Virus record (IMG/VR): IMGVR_UViG_3300044977_000094
Span: 32,001-96,000 of that record
Length of the DNA: 64,000 bases
From: a virus
Strand: one strand, 5' to 3'
This document shows, one piece after another, positions 1-9,310 of the stretch (positions are counted from its first letter, which is position 1; every line of letters begins with the position of its first letter). Both the position numbers and the translations under genes were made by a program. The notes beneath the pieces were generated by a model. It searched no databases, was not told the origin of the DNA, and worked only from the letters and a program-made list of their open reading frames with translations.

Positions 1-131
1 TGGAGGTCGCCCGCGGCCTCGGTGAACGCCGGCGGGAGTACCGGTGCGGTCTCGGCCGCGAGGTGCACGACGGCGCTGGAGGACGAGGACTTGGTCATGG
101 TGACTCCGGTGTACTCGAGGTGGTAGGTCAT
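1..131 (-). CDS. N-terminal fragment of a CDS running off the left edge
   Basis: ATG at 131 overlaps the stop of the upstream gene (ATGA); reads MTYHLEYTGVTMTKSS... Confidence 0.4.
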   Translation of the reverse strand, partial: MTYHLEYTGVTMTKSSSSSAVVHLAAETAPVLPPAFTEAAGDL

Positions 132-622
132 CGGGCGCCCTCGTGGCGGTATCCGAGGGGCCGGTCAAGGGTTAACTGGTAGCAGGCGTCGTGGGTGACA
201 TCGACTATCCCGGCGCTCGGATCGCGCGAGTCCAGGGCGGTCGGGACACCGGTGACGGGGACTCCGCAGACGCAGACCGGGGCCTGGGCGAGGGCCCTGG
301 TGAGCCATACGGCGGCGGTGAGCTGGTCGGGCCGGTGGAGCCAGCGGGCGCCGCGGGGGCCGGGGGAGTCCTCGGGTAGGACGATCCACGTGCCGGTGGA
401 CAGCAGGCGGCACGGCTCCGGCCAGTCCGCCGGGCGGGTGCCGGTGGGGATGAGCCAGTAGGTGGCCTCCGATAGCTCGGACAGGACGACCGGGCCCAGG
501 CGCGGGAGCCAGTCGGGGTTGCCGGTCAGGCGCTTGCACAGGGCCACGCCGAAAGCTTGGGGGATCCTGACGGCATCCCAGTTCTGCCCGGCGGGCGTCG
601 TTGTGACGTCCCAGATGCTCAC
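128..622 (-). CDS. Streptomyces-type hypothetical protein (WDAVR..GPV..YWLIP)
   Basis: GTG start coupled to the upstream stop; family often seen beside XRE/DUF397 loci. Confidence 0.6.
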   Translation of the reverse strand: MSIWDVTTTPAGQNWDAVRIPQAFGVALCKRLTGNPDWLPRLGPVVLSELSEATYWLIPTGTRPADWPEPCRLLSTGTWIVLPEDSPGPRGARWLHRPDQLTAAVWLTRALAQAPVCVCGVPVTGVPTALDSRDPSAGIVDVTHDACYQLTLDRPLGYRHEGAR

Positions 623-804
623 GACCCGCCCCCCGTGCGATGCTCGGGGCAGGCGACGACCGCCCAGGGCAGGAACTCGCCCGGGTGATTCTCGGTGCGG
701 ACGTAGCCGGCACGCACCAGCTCGCCGTCCGAGCGGCCGCAGTGGATGCAGGCGCGGGAGTGGAGCTGGTCGTTCGTGTAGGGCGTTAAGGCGTTTTCGG
801 GCAT
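619..804 (-). CDS. small Cys/His (Zn-ribbon-like) protein
   Basis: CIHC...ACPEH; GGGGAG RBS. Confidence 0.55.
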   Translation of the reverse strand: MPENALTPYTNDQLHSRACIHCGRSDGELVRAGYVRTENHPGEFLPWAVVACPEHRTGGGS

Positions 805-1002
805 GGGGCACTCCCCGGGCACGACGATATGATCACTCGCCGTGGCTGATTCCCGCACTGACGGTGAGCGTGGGACTAAGGTCCCGCAGGCTCATGGGAT
901 TGCGCAAGAACCCAAGACCGGAAATTTTCGGTTTCGGGAGTAGCGCCACCCGGAAGAGTGCAGCATGCTTCTGCCAGAACCCCTCACCCAGAGGAGATAC
1001 CG

Positions 1003-1866
1003 ATGGCCGGCTACAACGGCGTTCCCACCATCCGCAAGCGGCTCATCGGAAGCCAGCTGCGGCGCCTGCGCGAAGAACGCGAGCTCAGCGTCGAATCCGT
1101 CGCCGAGCAACTGGCCATCGGCCCCTCATCCCTGCGCCGCCAGGAATACGGGCAGACCGCAGTCAGCGTCGCCGACGTCATCGCCTACGCCAGGATCTAC
1201 AAGCTGGACGAGGACGGCCCGGTCGTCCAGCGGCTCCTGGACCTCGCCAAGCACGGCCGCACGCGCGGCTGGTGGACCGCCTACGACACCACGGTCGGGC
1301 CGTCCGCAGCCGACATCGCAGACGCCGAAGACCTCGCCACCAGCATCAAGACGTGGCAACCCAACATCATCCCCGGGCTGCTCCAGACCCGCGAATACAG
1401 CGCCACCATCATCGGGACCAGGCAAGTCCTCAAGCCGGGCCCCGTCGACCAGGTCATCGAACTGCGCGAGCGCCGCAAGGAAGTACTGGCCCGGACCCCC
1501 AACCCGCCGCAGCTGTGGGCGATCATCGGCGAGGGCGCGATCCTCGCCGAGATCGGCGGCCGCGCCCTGATGAACGAGCAGCTCCAGCACCTCCTCAACC
1601 AGTCGCAGCGCCCGCACGTCGCCATCCAGATAATGCCGTTCAAAGCCGGAGCCCACCTGGGCCTCGACGGCGGCTTCATGGTCATGGGCTTCGACGCGAC
1701 GCTGGACGGCGGCATCGCCTACATGGAGAACGGCGGCAGCGGAGTCTTCAGCGACGACCCCGCCGAGGTCCGGTCCCACGCCGACCGATTCAGTCACATG
1801 CAGGCGCAGGCTCTCACAACTGCGGACACACGGACATACTTGCTGTCAGCCATCTCCGCAAAGTGA
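1003..1866 (+). CDS. XRE-family HTH regulator with DUF5753 domain
   Basis: LRRLRE HTH; GWW; IPGLLQTREY; LWAIIGE; AGGAG RBS. Confidence 0.92.
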   Translation: MAGYNGVPTIRKRLIGSQLRRLREERELSVESVAEQLAIGPSSLRRQEYGQTAVSVADVIAYARIYKLDEDGPVVQRLLDLAKHGRTRGWWTAYDTTVGPSAADIADAEDLATSIKTWQPNIIPGLLQTREYSATIIGTRQVLKPGPVDQVIELRERRKEVLARTPNPPQLWAIIGEGAILAEIGGRALMNEQLQHLLNQSQRPHVAIQIMPFKAGAHLGLDGGFMVMGFDATLDGGIAYMENGGSGVFSDDPAEVRSHADRFSHMQAQALTTADTRTYLLSAISAK

Positions 1867-1894
1867 GTTGGCTCGGCACACAGAAAGGCAACTC

Positions 1895-2107
1895 ATGGCA
1901 CCACTTCTCGACCAGGGGGCCTCTGGCTGGCGCAAGTCAACCGCCAGCGGAAGCCAGAACGAGTGCGTCGAGGTTGGCGAGCTCCCGGCCGGCGACATCG
2001 CGGTCCGCGACACCAAGGCGGACGGCTCCGGCCCGGTGCTCGGCTTCACGGCTGACGCATGGTCGGCATTCATCACCGATGTGAAGGGCGGCCGCTTCGC
2101 GGTCTGA
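1895..2107 (+). CDS. DUF397 protein (partner of XRE-DUF5753)
   Basis: WRKS..S...ECVEV, VRDTK, AWSAF motifs. Confidence 0.93.
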   Translation: MAPLLDQGASGWRKSTASGSQNECVEVGELPAGDIAVRDTKADGSGPVLGFTADAWSAFITDVKGGRFAV

Positions 2108-2253
2108 GGTGTCACCTGTAGGTCCGTGGTCCCCGGCGCGTGAATCGCCGGGGGCCACGTTTGTGCCTGGGGTCCACGCTAACCGCTGTGGCCGACAGGG
2201 GCGCAACGACCGGCGCGTCGTGGTGCTGCCACTGCGCCTGCGACACTGATCCA

Positions 2254-2469
2254 GTGACCCCAGCCCCCGCCCCGGACCCGCAGTGTGCGATAGACCGCGC
2301 CAACGGGGCGATCAGGGCGTACCTGCGGGGCCTGCCGGGGCGGTCGCCGGTCACGGTCGAGCAGCGGGCCGAGTACCACCGGCTCGTCGACGTCTACATG
2401 GCCGCCGTCGCCGAGCGGGACGGGCGGGCGCGCGAGGGTGAGGACGAGCCCGAGCCCGTCGCGGCGTGA
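2254..2469 (+). CDS. small hypothetical protein
   Basis: NGAIRAYL...EYHRLV; start uncertain. Confidence 0.5.
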   Translation: MTPAPAPDPQCAIDRANGAIRAYLRGLPGRSPVTVEQRAEYHRLVDVYMAAVAERDGRAREGEDEPEPVAA

Positions 2470-2594
2470 CACCAGAGCGCGCCTCTCGCACACCTGTCGG
2501 ACCGGTGCCCTATGCTCGCCCGCGTGCCCGATGAAGTGGCAGGCGCTACGGAAAGCCGCCGGGGCACCAGAGGACCGGCCCAAGCCGGAATGAC

Positions 2595-2633
2595 AAAAAG
2601 CCCCCGCCGCCTGCCGAAGCAGACGACGGGGGC
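2595..2633 (-). terminator. intrinsic terminator ending the late/lysis operon
   Basis: GCCCCCG...CGGGGGC hairpin followed by TTTTT on the minus strand. Confidence 0.75.
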
Positions 2634-2650
2634 AACAAGCCGTGGCGGCC

Positions 2651-3373
2651 CTACGCGGGAGGCGCGAGCTTGGCGACGGCCGCCTGAAGCGCGGTCACCT
2701 GCTCCGACAACGACTTCACCGCAGCGTTGGCCTCAGCCACAGCCGAGGCCAGGGCGCCGTAGTGCTCATCCATGAACGCCATCACCTGGAGGAACGTCCG
2801 CGTCGCCGACTGGGCGTCGCCCACCTCCGTCACCTTCGTGCCCATCAGGGTCTCGACGAACAGCTGTGCATCAGCAAGAGTCACGGCATCCTCCGGGGGA
2901 GTCGGCGGGGTCGGGGGAACGGGGTCGACACCGGGCCAGTAGTCGGCCACGACGGAGGTGTCGTAGGCGTCCGTCGATGCGTACTGGTGGGCAATCGCGC
3001 CCGTTGGGATCGTCGGGCTGTTGTCGTACGCGGCGATCCAGTACTGCGGCTCCGACACCCCAGCCGCCTGGAACGCAGCCCGAACCGCAGGCCAGTTCGC
3101 CGCATCGCAGTACACCGTCAGCAGCGAGTTCGGGACGTCCTTCATCGTCTGCGTACACCAGGTCACCGCCTGCTCGGGCGTGGCGTCGCCCGACTCGACG
3201 TCGAGCACCTGGGCCCGATCCGACCACGCGACCGCGATCGAGACCTCGATGGCGTTCGGGAACTCCGACCGGATCGCAGCCAGGTTGGCGTAGATCCCGT
3301 CCACGTAGCCGGCCACCATCACGGCCGACCGCGGCAGCGCCGACGGCGTCACCGCATCGAACATCGTGCGCAT
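2651..3373 (-). CDS. putative endolysin (GH25/DUF1906-like glycoside hydrolase) with C-terminal coiled coil
   Basis: AGYVDG, LDVESGDATP, YWIAAY, AHQY, YDTS motifs; follows a holin. Confidence 0.7.
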   Translation of the reverse strand: MRTMFDAVTPSALPRSAVMVAGYVDGIYANLAAIRSEFPNAIEVSIAVAWSDRAQVLDVESGDATPEQAVTWCTQTMKDVPNSLLTVYCDAANWPAVRAAFQAAGVSEPQYWIAAYDNSPTIPTGAIAHQYASTDAYDTSVVADYWPGVDPVPPTPPTPPEDAVTLADAQLFVETLMGTKVTEVGDAQSATRTFLQVMAFMDEHYGALASAVAEANAAVKSLSEQVTALQAAVAKLAPPA

Positions 3374-3382
3374 GGCGCCCCC

Positions 3383-3769
3383 TCAGCCAGCAGCCGGGGA
3401 CGGGCTCGGCGCCGGGGCGGGCTTCGGCAGCGACGCGACCGGGGTGACGTGGCCGCGCAGCACGAGAGCCATCAGCGAGACGATCACGGCGTTCAGAGAA
3501 GACACGGCGCCCGAGGACACATGAGGCACCCCGAACGCGACCAGGACGGTCGCGATCGCGGTCACGGCACCGGTCAGCGCCGCCACCGGGAACGGACGCA
3601 CCGACACGGCAGCGACCAGCGCCAGGACCGCCGTGGTCGCCGCCTCCAGGGCACCGGTCTGGCCGCCGGTCAGGCTGAGGCCGAGACCCACGGCCAGGGC
3701 CAGCAGGGACTGCACGAGCCCGGTCAGCATGACGGGCTCGGTCTTGATGACGTTCAGGATCTTGTTCAT
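3383..3769 (-). CDS. holin-like membrane protein
   Basis: EPV start motif, about 4 hydrophobic segments, VTPV tail. Confidence 0.75.
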   Translation of the reverse strand: MNKILNVIKTEPVMLTGLVQSLLALAVGLGLSLTGGQTGALEAATTAVLALVAAVSVRPFPVAALTGAVTAIATVLVAFGVPHVSSGAVSSLNAVIVSLMALVLRGHVTPVASLPKPAPAPSPSPAAG

Positions 3770-3781
3770 GGGTAGCCCCTT

Positions 3782-4609
3782 TCAGGCCGCGATGACGAAC
3801 TGCTTGAAGTCCGCGTAGCTGCCGAGCAGCGCCAGCGTGGACAGGTGGATCCGGTAGGAGCCGTTGTCGCCCCACGACGACGACCAGCTGTTCCGGACCC
3901 GGACGTGGGACTTGTCGCCGTCGATCCGGCCGATCAGGTCGAACTTCAAGGCCTCAACTGCGGTGATGCAGGTCTCGTGGCCGCCCGCGACCCCGGAGGA
4001 GATGGCGCGCTCCAGTGCCAGCATTCCGCCGTCGCCGTCGACGAAGCCGAGGTTGTCGGGCTCCATCCATGCCTCGAACCAGGGCAGTCCGACAATGACG
4101 CTGCCGCCCTGGAGCAGGGAGACCAGGTTGCGGGTCCCGGAGGCGGTCTTGTGGCCCTGGATGAGTCCCTGGCTTTCCAGCTCCGTGCAGACGTACAGGC
4201 CGGTCGACCCGCAGTCCGTGGGCGGCCACTCCTGGGCCGGGTCGCCGGTCTGGTCGGTCACCGCGTGGTACAGCTTGATCGCGAACTCCTCGTCCGCGAC
4301 CGCGTCTCCAGACAGTCCTATCTGCGACAGGGTCGACGCCCCATGCACGGCGGCGTACCGCTCACCCAAAGACGCAGTGCCCGCGTTGCAGGTGCACGAC
4401 CCGAGCGCGTCGACCTTCGCGGCACCGGGCACGAGCTGGGAGGTGTCGATGCCCTGCTCGATGAGGTCTTCCTGGTCCAACACGGGTATCGGCGACTCGT
4501 GGTCGACGGTGGTGAGCTTCTCGCCGCGGTGTAGGTGCATGCGGTCCAGGCGCATCGGCTCCGGGGTCGCGTGCCGGCCGAACTTGGTGGGGGTGGTGCC
4601 TGCGTACAT
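3782..4609 (-). CDS. papain-like (C1) cysteine peptidase
   Basis: GSCTCNA (Cys), GGHE (His), RNSWSSSWGDNG (Asn); GGAGG RBS. Confidence 0.8.
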   Translation of the reverse strand: MYAGTTPTKFGRHATPEPMRLDRMHLHRGEKLTTVDHESPIPVLDQEDLIEQGIDTSQLVPGAAKVDALGSCTCNAGTASLGERYAAVHGASTLSQIGLSGDAVADEEFAIKLYHAVTDQTGDPAQEWPPTDCGSTGLYVCTELESQGLIQGHKTASGTRNLVSLLQGGSVIVGLPWFEAWMEPDNLGFVDGDGGMLALERAISSGVAGGHETCITAVEALKFDLIGRIDGDKSHVRVRNSWSSSWGDNGSYRIHLSTLALLGSYADFKQFVIAA

Positions 4610-4627
4610 GGGCCCTCCGGGCATGGG

Positions 4628-4651
4628 AAAGTCCCCGCCGCGGCGGGGACT
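4628..4651 (-). terminator. internal terminator-like hairpin
   Basis: Palindrome AGTCCCCGCCGCGGCGGGGACT followed by a short T run. Confidence 0.55.
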
Positions 4652-4668
4652 GAGGGTTTGAGGAAGGG

Positions 4669-5091
4669 TCAGGCTCCTGGGGTGTCGCCCTGGATGGAGG
4701 CCGCGGGAGCTGTGTTCTGCTCGACGGCGGCCAGCCGGTCGGTGAGGGCGGCAAGCAGGGCGAGGACCTGGCGGTCGTCGGTCAGGGTCTCGTCGGTGCT
4801 GGCGCCGATGTGGTTGAGCAGGGCCTCAAGTGCCCGCTCCTGCCTGTTGTTACTCGCAGCGATCAGGTAGCCGATGAACAGCTCCAAGATCGTTGTCACC
4901 GTGTTGAGCGGGAAGTTCCAGCTGTTTGAGGTGAACCAGCTCGGCAGGAAGGGGTCGTGGGCGATCTCCGGGCCCAGGAGCGTCCACACCATGAGCGCCA
5001 CGAACCAGAAAGCGATGTTGAGAGGGGTGCCGATCGCGTAGCTGACCTTGTCGGCAGCATCGACGAAGCGGTCATTCAGGCGGCGGCTCAT
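4669..5091 (-). CDS. membrane protein, DUF1003/low-affinity iron permease (Fet4)-like
   Basis: AD.VS.AIGTP...W..LGP...WNFPLNTVTTI...LIAASNNRQ. Confidence 0.6.
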   Translation of the reverse strand: MSRRLNDRFVDAADKVSYAIGTPLNIAFWFVALMVWTLLGPEIAHDPFLPSWFTSNSWNFPLNTVTTILELFIGYLIAASNNRQERALEALLNHIGASTDETLTDDRQVLALLAALTDRLAAVEQNTAPAASIQGDTPGA

Positions 5092-5525
5092 GCGGCACTC
5101 CCAGGCAGGAACAGGCCGCACACCAGCACGGCGACGAAGATCAGGCCGAGGACCGCGCCGGTCTCGGCGAGCGCCCGGACCGGATGGCGGTCAGGGCGCA
5201 TCAGGGCCACCGCCACACCGATCCCCAGGCAGATGACGACGGAGCACACCAGCGCGACCACGCCGGACGTGAGTGCATACGGGATGGCTGGCAGTACTGC
5301 GCCGGCGCCGGTGGCCGCGCCCATGACGCAGGAGGCTCCCAAGCCGCTGTCGGAGTCCGACAGCCACTCGCCACCGGCCATGCTGAGCGCGGAGGAGATT
5401 CCGCCCGACAGTGCGGCCGGGAAGATCAGCGACTGGTGGCCCAGCAGGAACAGGACCACGCCGATCAGCGACATCATGCCGTCGCTCAGCCCGAACACGG
5501 CCGGGCGCAGGAGTTGGCGATTCAC
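5088..5525 (-). CDS. VIT1/CCC1-family-like membrane protein (lacks the cytoplasmic domain)
   Basis: AVFGLSDG and ALSMAGGEWLS signature motifs. Confidence 0.72.
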   Translation of the reverse strand: MNRQLLRPAVFGLSDGMMSLIGVVLFLLGHQSLIFPAALSGGISSALSMAGGEWLSDSDSGLGASCVMGAATGAGAVLPAIPYALTSGVVALVCSVVICLGIGVAVALMRPDRHPVRALAETGAVLGLIFVAVLVCGLFLPGSAA

Positions 5526-6064
5526 CGACCACCCGCCGCGCGCCGGGCCTTCAGCATGTGGGTGTGGATGGCGTCGATTCGCGCGCGAGCCTCAACGGCC
5601 ATGGTCAGGTTCCGGGTGACGGTCATCTCGTTGTCCTGGAGGGACTCTCCAGACGACGAGAGATTCGTGGAGCCGTCGACGACATCCATTCCGTCCACGA
5701 TGATGAGCTTCATGTGCATGATCGCGCCGCGTTCGGAGCGGCCAGCGACGATGGAATTCGCGGGGAAGTCCGCCTTCGCGAGTAGCGCCCGCTCGTGCAC
5801 GCCACCCGCCTGGCTGGAGTCGAGCGTCAACTGCACGAAGCAGGAGCCGCTGTCGAGCTTGCCGTGGAGGGCCGCAGCGACCTCGTCGTCGTCGAACCCG
5901 TACATCGCGACCACCAGCGAATGGCGGGCGGAGGCGATCAGGTCGACCAGCACGCCGTGCACGTCATCCACGGGTGCGAAGAATCGTCGCGCGTCGCTCG
6001 GGTATCCAGGAAGGAACCCTCCCGCCTTGTGGTGGTCGAGCTCAGATAGATCAGCCAGGGCCAC
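5522..6064 (-). CDS. phospholipase D/Nuc-family single-HKD protein
   Basis: HMKLIIVDG...GSTNLS...QDNE = HxKxxxxD-x6-GSxN. Confidence 0.85.
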   Translation of the reverse strand: MALADLSELDHHKAGGFLPGYPSDARRFFAPVDDVHGVLVDLIASARHSLVVAMYGFDDDEVAAALHGKLDSGSCFVQLTLDSSQAGGVHERALLAKADFPANSIVAGRSERGAIMHMKLIIVDGMDVVDGSTNLSSSGESLQDNEMTVTRNLTMAVEARARIDAIHTHMLKARRAAGGR

Positions 6065-6452
6065 TGGTACCCCCTCTCTCGTCCGCATCTGGCGGATCGT
6101 TCTCGTGCTGGAGCTGGACGCGGAGGATGAGTACGACGCGCCAGACGATGACGACCGGCACGAGCGCGAACGCCAGGACGGTGAACCACGCGAACAGCGG
6201 CGTGTCCGCTGAGCTGACGCCGAGGGCGTGGTGGACGACCGAGGGCAGTAGGGTCAGGGCCAGGGCGCTGTCCATCGCCAGGACATTGCGCCCGATCGCG
6301 GAGCGCCACCACGGGGCGACCGCCCAGAAGATCAAGATGGATGCGATGGCGGCGCAGAACGTGACGATGACCTCGATGGTCGTCGCATGGACGATGACGT
6401 CCAGGGTTCCCGGGCTCACGGATACCCCCTCGAAATGGTGAAGAGCGGTCAA
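6051..6452 (-). CDS. putative holin
   Basis: 3 TM segments; PWWRSAIGR motif of actinophage holins. Confidence 0.65.
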   Translation of the reverse strand: MTALHHFEGVSVSPGTLDVIVHATTIEVIVTFCAAIASILIFWAVAPWWRSAIGRNVLAMDSALALTLLPSVVHHALGVSSADTPLFAWFTVLAFALVPVVIVWRVVLILRVQLQHENDPPDADERGGTSGPG

Positions 6453-6694
6453 TGCGGCGGCATCCCGAAGAGCTCGCCGATGGACTCGCTGAAGTGGTTA
6501 CGGCGCCGAATCCGGCGCAGGTGCTCGGCGGTCGTGGAGGCCTGGGCCTTGAGGCCCTCAGCCACGGGTGTCGCCGACGATGCCCGCGCCATTGCTGCGG
6601 CAGCTTCCCGCTGGCCCGGCGTCACGGTGCGCTCCAGCGACACACAGGATCGTCTACGGAGCGGGTGGCGGAGGTAGTGGACCCAGCGGGGCAC
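6449..6694 (-). CDS. small lysis-cassette protein
   Basis: RRRNHFSESI C-terminus typical of actinophage lysis modules. Confidence 0.55.
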   Translation of the reverse strand: MPRWVHYLRHPLRRRSCVSLERTVTPGQREAAAAMARASSATPVAEGLKAQASTTAEHLRRIRRRNHFSESIGELFGMPPH

Positions 6695-7004
6695 CGGCCT
6701 TCACCTCCCGCCCGGGCGGCGTAGGGAGCGCAGAGAGCAGATGGACAGCCGTGCGGGACAGCTCCTGGAGCTCCAGCGTCGACTCCTGCAACTGCGCACG
6801 GGCGGCAGCCTCGCGTTCGGCTACGAGGCGCCAGGTATCCCGCTCGGATGAGATCTCCCGGATTCTGCGGTCACGGTCCTCACGGAGATCCTCGACCTGG
6901 CGACGCGGCACCAGACGCCCAGTGAGGACGAGCAGGATGACGATCGCCAGGATGGTGGCGGCGCTGAGCTGGAGAACGCCCGCCTGGTCCCAGAGTTCTT
7001 CCAC
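6654..7004 (-). CDS. single-TM coiled-coil lysis-cassette protein
   Basis: TM then GRLVPRR...ERDTWR. Confidence 0.65.
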   Translation of the reverse strand: MEELWDQAGVLQLSAATILAIVILLVLTGRLVPRRQVEDLREDRDRRIREISSERDTWRLVAEREAAARAQLQESTLELQELSRTAVHLLSALPTPPGREVKAGAPLGPLPPPPAP

Positions 7005-7057
7005 GGGCGGTCCCTCTCATGATGGTCAATCCGCAGCAGCCGCCCCAGGGGCGACGG

Positions 7058-8992
7058 CTACGACAGGTAGCCGTACGGCACCGCCACGCCCGTGGTGGAG
7101 ATCGCCGCATAGGTGGTGGAGCCCACCGTCCCCGGTGTCGTCAGGCCAGTGGTTGAGGTGCCGGACGGGGGAAGGGCCGTCAGGATCGCCGTTCCCAAGG
7201 CAGTCGCCGATGCCGCGCTCGTCGGCGGCGTCCCAGCCGCCACCATCAGGCCCCAGTAGTAGACGCCGCTGGTCGGCGGCGTATACGTGGCGGTGAGGGC
7301 GACTGTCGCCAGGGACGAGGCGGTGATCGTCGCAGTCAACTGGTCTGCTGTGACGGCCCGCAGGATCCGCGAGGAGTCCAGGACGCATCCCCACCAGTGC
7401 GTCGCGGTGGTGGATCCGGTCGTGCCGCACACCCAGTTCCAGTGCCCGACGGGGATGCCGGCCTGGAGCCATACCTCGGCCAGGTACAGCGTTCCCGAGG
7501 TCAGTGTCATCGTCGAGCTGGTGCACAGGATCCGCGGCACCGTCTCGGCGAGAGCGGCCGACGGTGGCGAGGACGAGGACACCTGCCCCGCGGGCTTCTT
7601 CCACGTGCCGTTGCCGGAGCCGTCGGACGTGAGGACGTAGCCGGAGGTGCCGCCGGTGGTGACCTGGAGGGTGTCGACGGTGACGCCGCCGTAGAACGTC
7701 TGCGCGCCGTAGGTGGTCTGGCCGACGCCGCCGACATTCGCGACGGTGACGGAGTTCAGCTCCAGATTTCCTGCGGTCGTGTCACTGCTGAACAGCGTCG
7801 ACATGTAGCTGTTCGACAGCCACGTCAGCTCCAGCACGACCCCGCCCGGGGCGGCGGACGGGTTGAACCGGACAGCGGAAGCCTGGTGCAGGGGGTTCGC
7901 GCCGCGGTCCCAGGTGTGACCGGAGACCAGGACGGGCCCGGCGTAGTTCGCGAACTCGAAGCCCGCGAAGGACAGTGAGCTGGAATTGTTGTTGTTCGAG
8001 TCGGCAATGCAGCCGACCGCCGAAACGTTCGCGGTGCCGTCGAAGAAGAAGCCGTTCCGCCCGTTGTCCTGCGCGTAGCAGCCGGTGAGGGTGCCGCCGG
8101 ACGTCGAGGTGATATGGAAGCCGCTGCCGGTGGTCGTGCCGGACGAGGTCACCGTCGAGGTGGAGGCGTTCCAGCCGGAGAACCAGGCCTTGCAGTTGCT
8201 GACCAGGCAGTTCCCGGCGACCAGGAACCCGTCGAGGCCGCAGTTCGCGGCGTCGCAGTTCGACACGTAGTCGTCATTCGTCAGATTGAAGCCGTTGCCC
8301 TGGCAGTTCCAGACCTGGATGTTGTTGAAGATGCTGTCGTGCTTGTACGTCGACTGGACGCCGTCGCCGTTGAAGTACTCGATGTGCAGGTTGATAGCCC
8401 GGCAGCGGATGTCGTTGTACTCGTCGGTGCCGCTGGAGTACGTCCAGTTCCCCTGGAACAGCAGCCCGTTGATCGTATGGGTCTGGGCGCCGGCATTGCC
8501 CTGCAATCGCAGGTCCATGACGCACACCATCTCCGCGTGCGTCGCATTGGTGATCAGCGGGCCTGCGGTCATGCCGGCCTTCGCGATCAGCGTGGTCGCC
8601 CGCGGGCCTGCCCCCCGCAAGGTCACGCCGTGCGGGATCACCAGCGGACCCGTGACGTAGAAGCCCGGGCCGAGGTACACGGTCGTGGACTGGGCGAGCG
8701 GGCTGCTAGGGGCAGCCGCGGCCAAAGCGGCTGTCAGGGCTGCGGTGTTGTCGGTCGAGCCGTCGCCCTTCGCGCCATAGAGCGGGGCGTTGGCGTTCAC
8801 CCAGCCCAGGGCAGACGCGTCCACCCCGGGCTGCCAGCTGACGTTGCCGGAGCCGTCCGAGGTCAGGACATCGCCGAGACTGGCCCCAGAGGGGATCTGC
8901 ATCGCCGGGGAGCCGGTCAGGACCAGCGGCCCGGTCAGGGTGCCGCCGGCGAGAGGAAGGCGGTCGGCGGCGCCGTAGACAGTCGCGGTCAT
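7058..8992 (-). CDS. tailspike/receptor-binding protein with pectate-lyase-like beta-helix
   Basis: YGAKGDGSTDNTAAL, GVTLRGAG, repeated N..DG/NGF turns; GYVLTSDGSGN fibre motif. Confidence 0.8.
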   Translation of the reverse strand: MTATVYGAADRLPLAGGTLTGPLVLTGSPAMQIPSGASLGDVLTSDGSGNVSWQPGVDASALGWVNANAPLYGAKGDGSTDNTAALTAALAAAAPSSPLAQSTTVYLGPGFYVTGPLVIPHGVTLRGAGPRATTLIAKAGMTAGPLITNATHAEMVCVMDLRLQGNAGAQTHTINGLLFQGNWTYSSGTDEYNDIRCRAINLHIEYFNGDGVQSTYKHDSIFNNIQVWNCQGNGFNLTNDDYVSNCDAANCGLDGFLVAGNCLVSNCKAWFSGWNASTSTVTSSGTTTGSGFHITSTSGGTLTGCYAQDNGRNGFFFDGTANVSAVGCIADSNNNNSSSLSFAGFEFANYAGPVLVSGHTWDRGANPLHQASAVRFNPSAAPGGVVLELTWLSNSYMSTLFSSDTTAGNLELNSVTVANVGGVGQTTYGAQTFYGGVTVDTLQVTTGGTSGYVLTSDGSGNGTWKKPAGQVSSSSPPSAALAETVPRILCTSSTMTLTSGTLYLAEVWLQAGIPVGHWNWVCGTTGSTTATHWWGCVLDSSRILRAVTADQLTATITASSLATVALTATYTPPTSGVYYWGLMVAAGTPPTSAASATALGTAILTALPPSGTSTTGLTTPGTVGSTTYAAISTTGVAVPYGYLS

Positions 8993-9303
8993 GCAGTCGC
9001 CCCCAGGATGATGTAGGTCTGCTGGGCGCCCACGGGAAGCACGTATACCGCCGCGCCTGCGGTGGGCGTATACGGGGACAGGTAGGCGTAAGGGCCGGTC
9101 AGGTTGGGCGAGCCGTTGATATAGACCTGCGGGTTGCCGCTGGTGTAGCTGCCGGAGATGACGGCGGGCAGGCAGGCCAGCGGGTATCCGGAGTCGATTC
9201 CGGCGGTTCGGGACTCCAGCTTGGCGACCCGGGCCAGGAGCTGCTTCAGCGTCGCCGCGAACCTGTCGTTCAGCGCCTTCGGGTACATCGTCACGGCGCC
9301 CAC
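8989..9303 (-). CDS. minor tail protein
   Basis: Position and size; coiled N-terminus. Confidence 0.6.
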   Translation of the reverse strand: MGAVTMYPKALNDRFAATLKQLLARVAKLESRTAGIDSGYPLACLPAVISGSYTSGNPQVYINGSPNLTGPYAYLSPYTPTAGAAVYVLPVGAQQTYIILGATA

Positions 9304-9310
9304 CCCCCGC

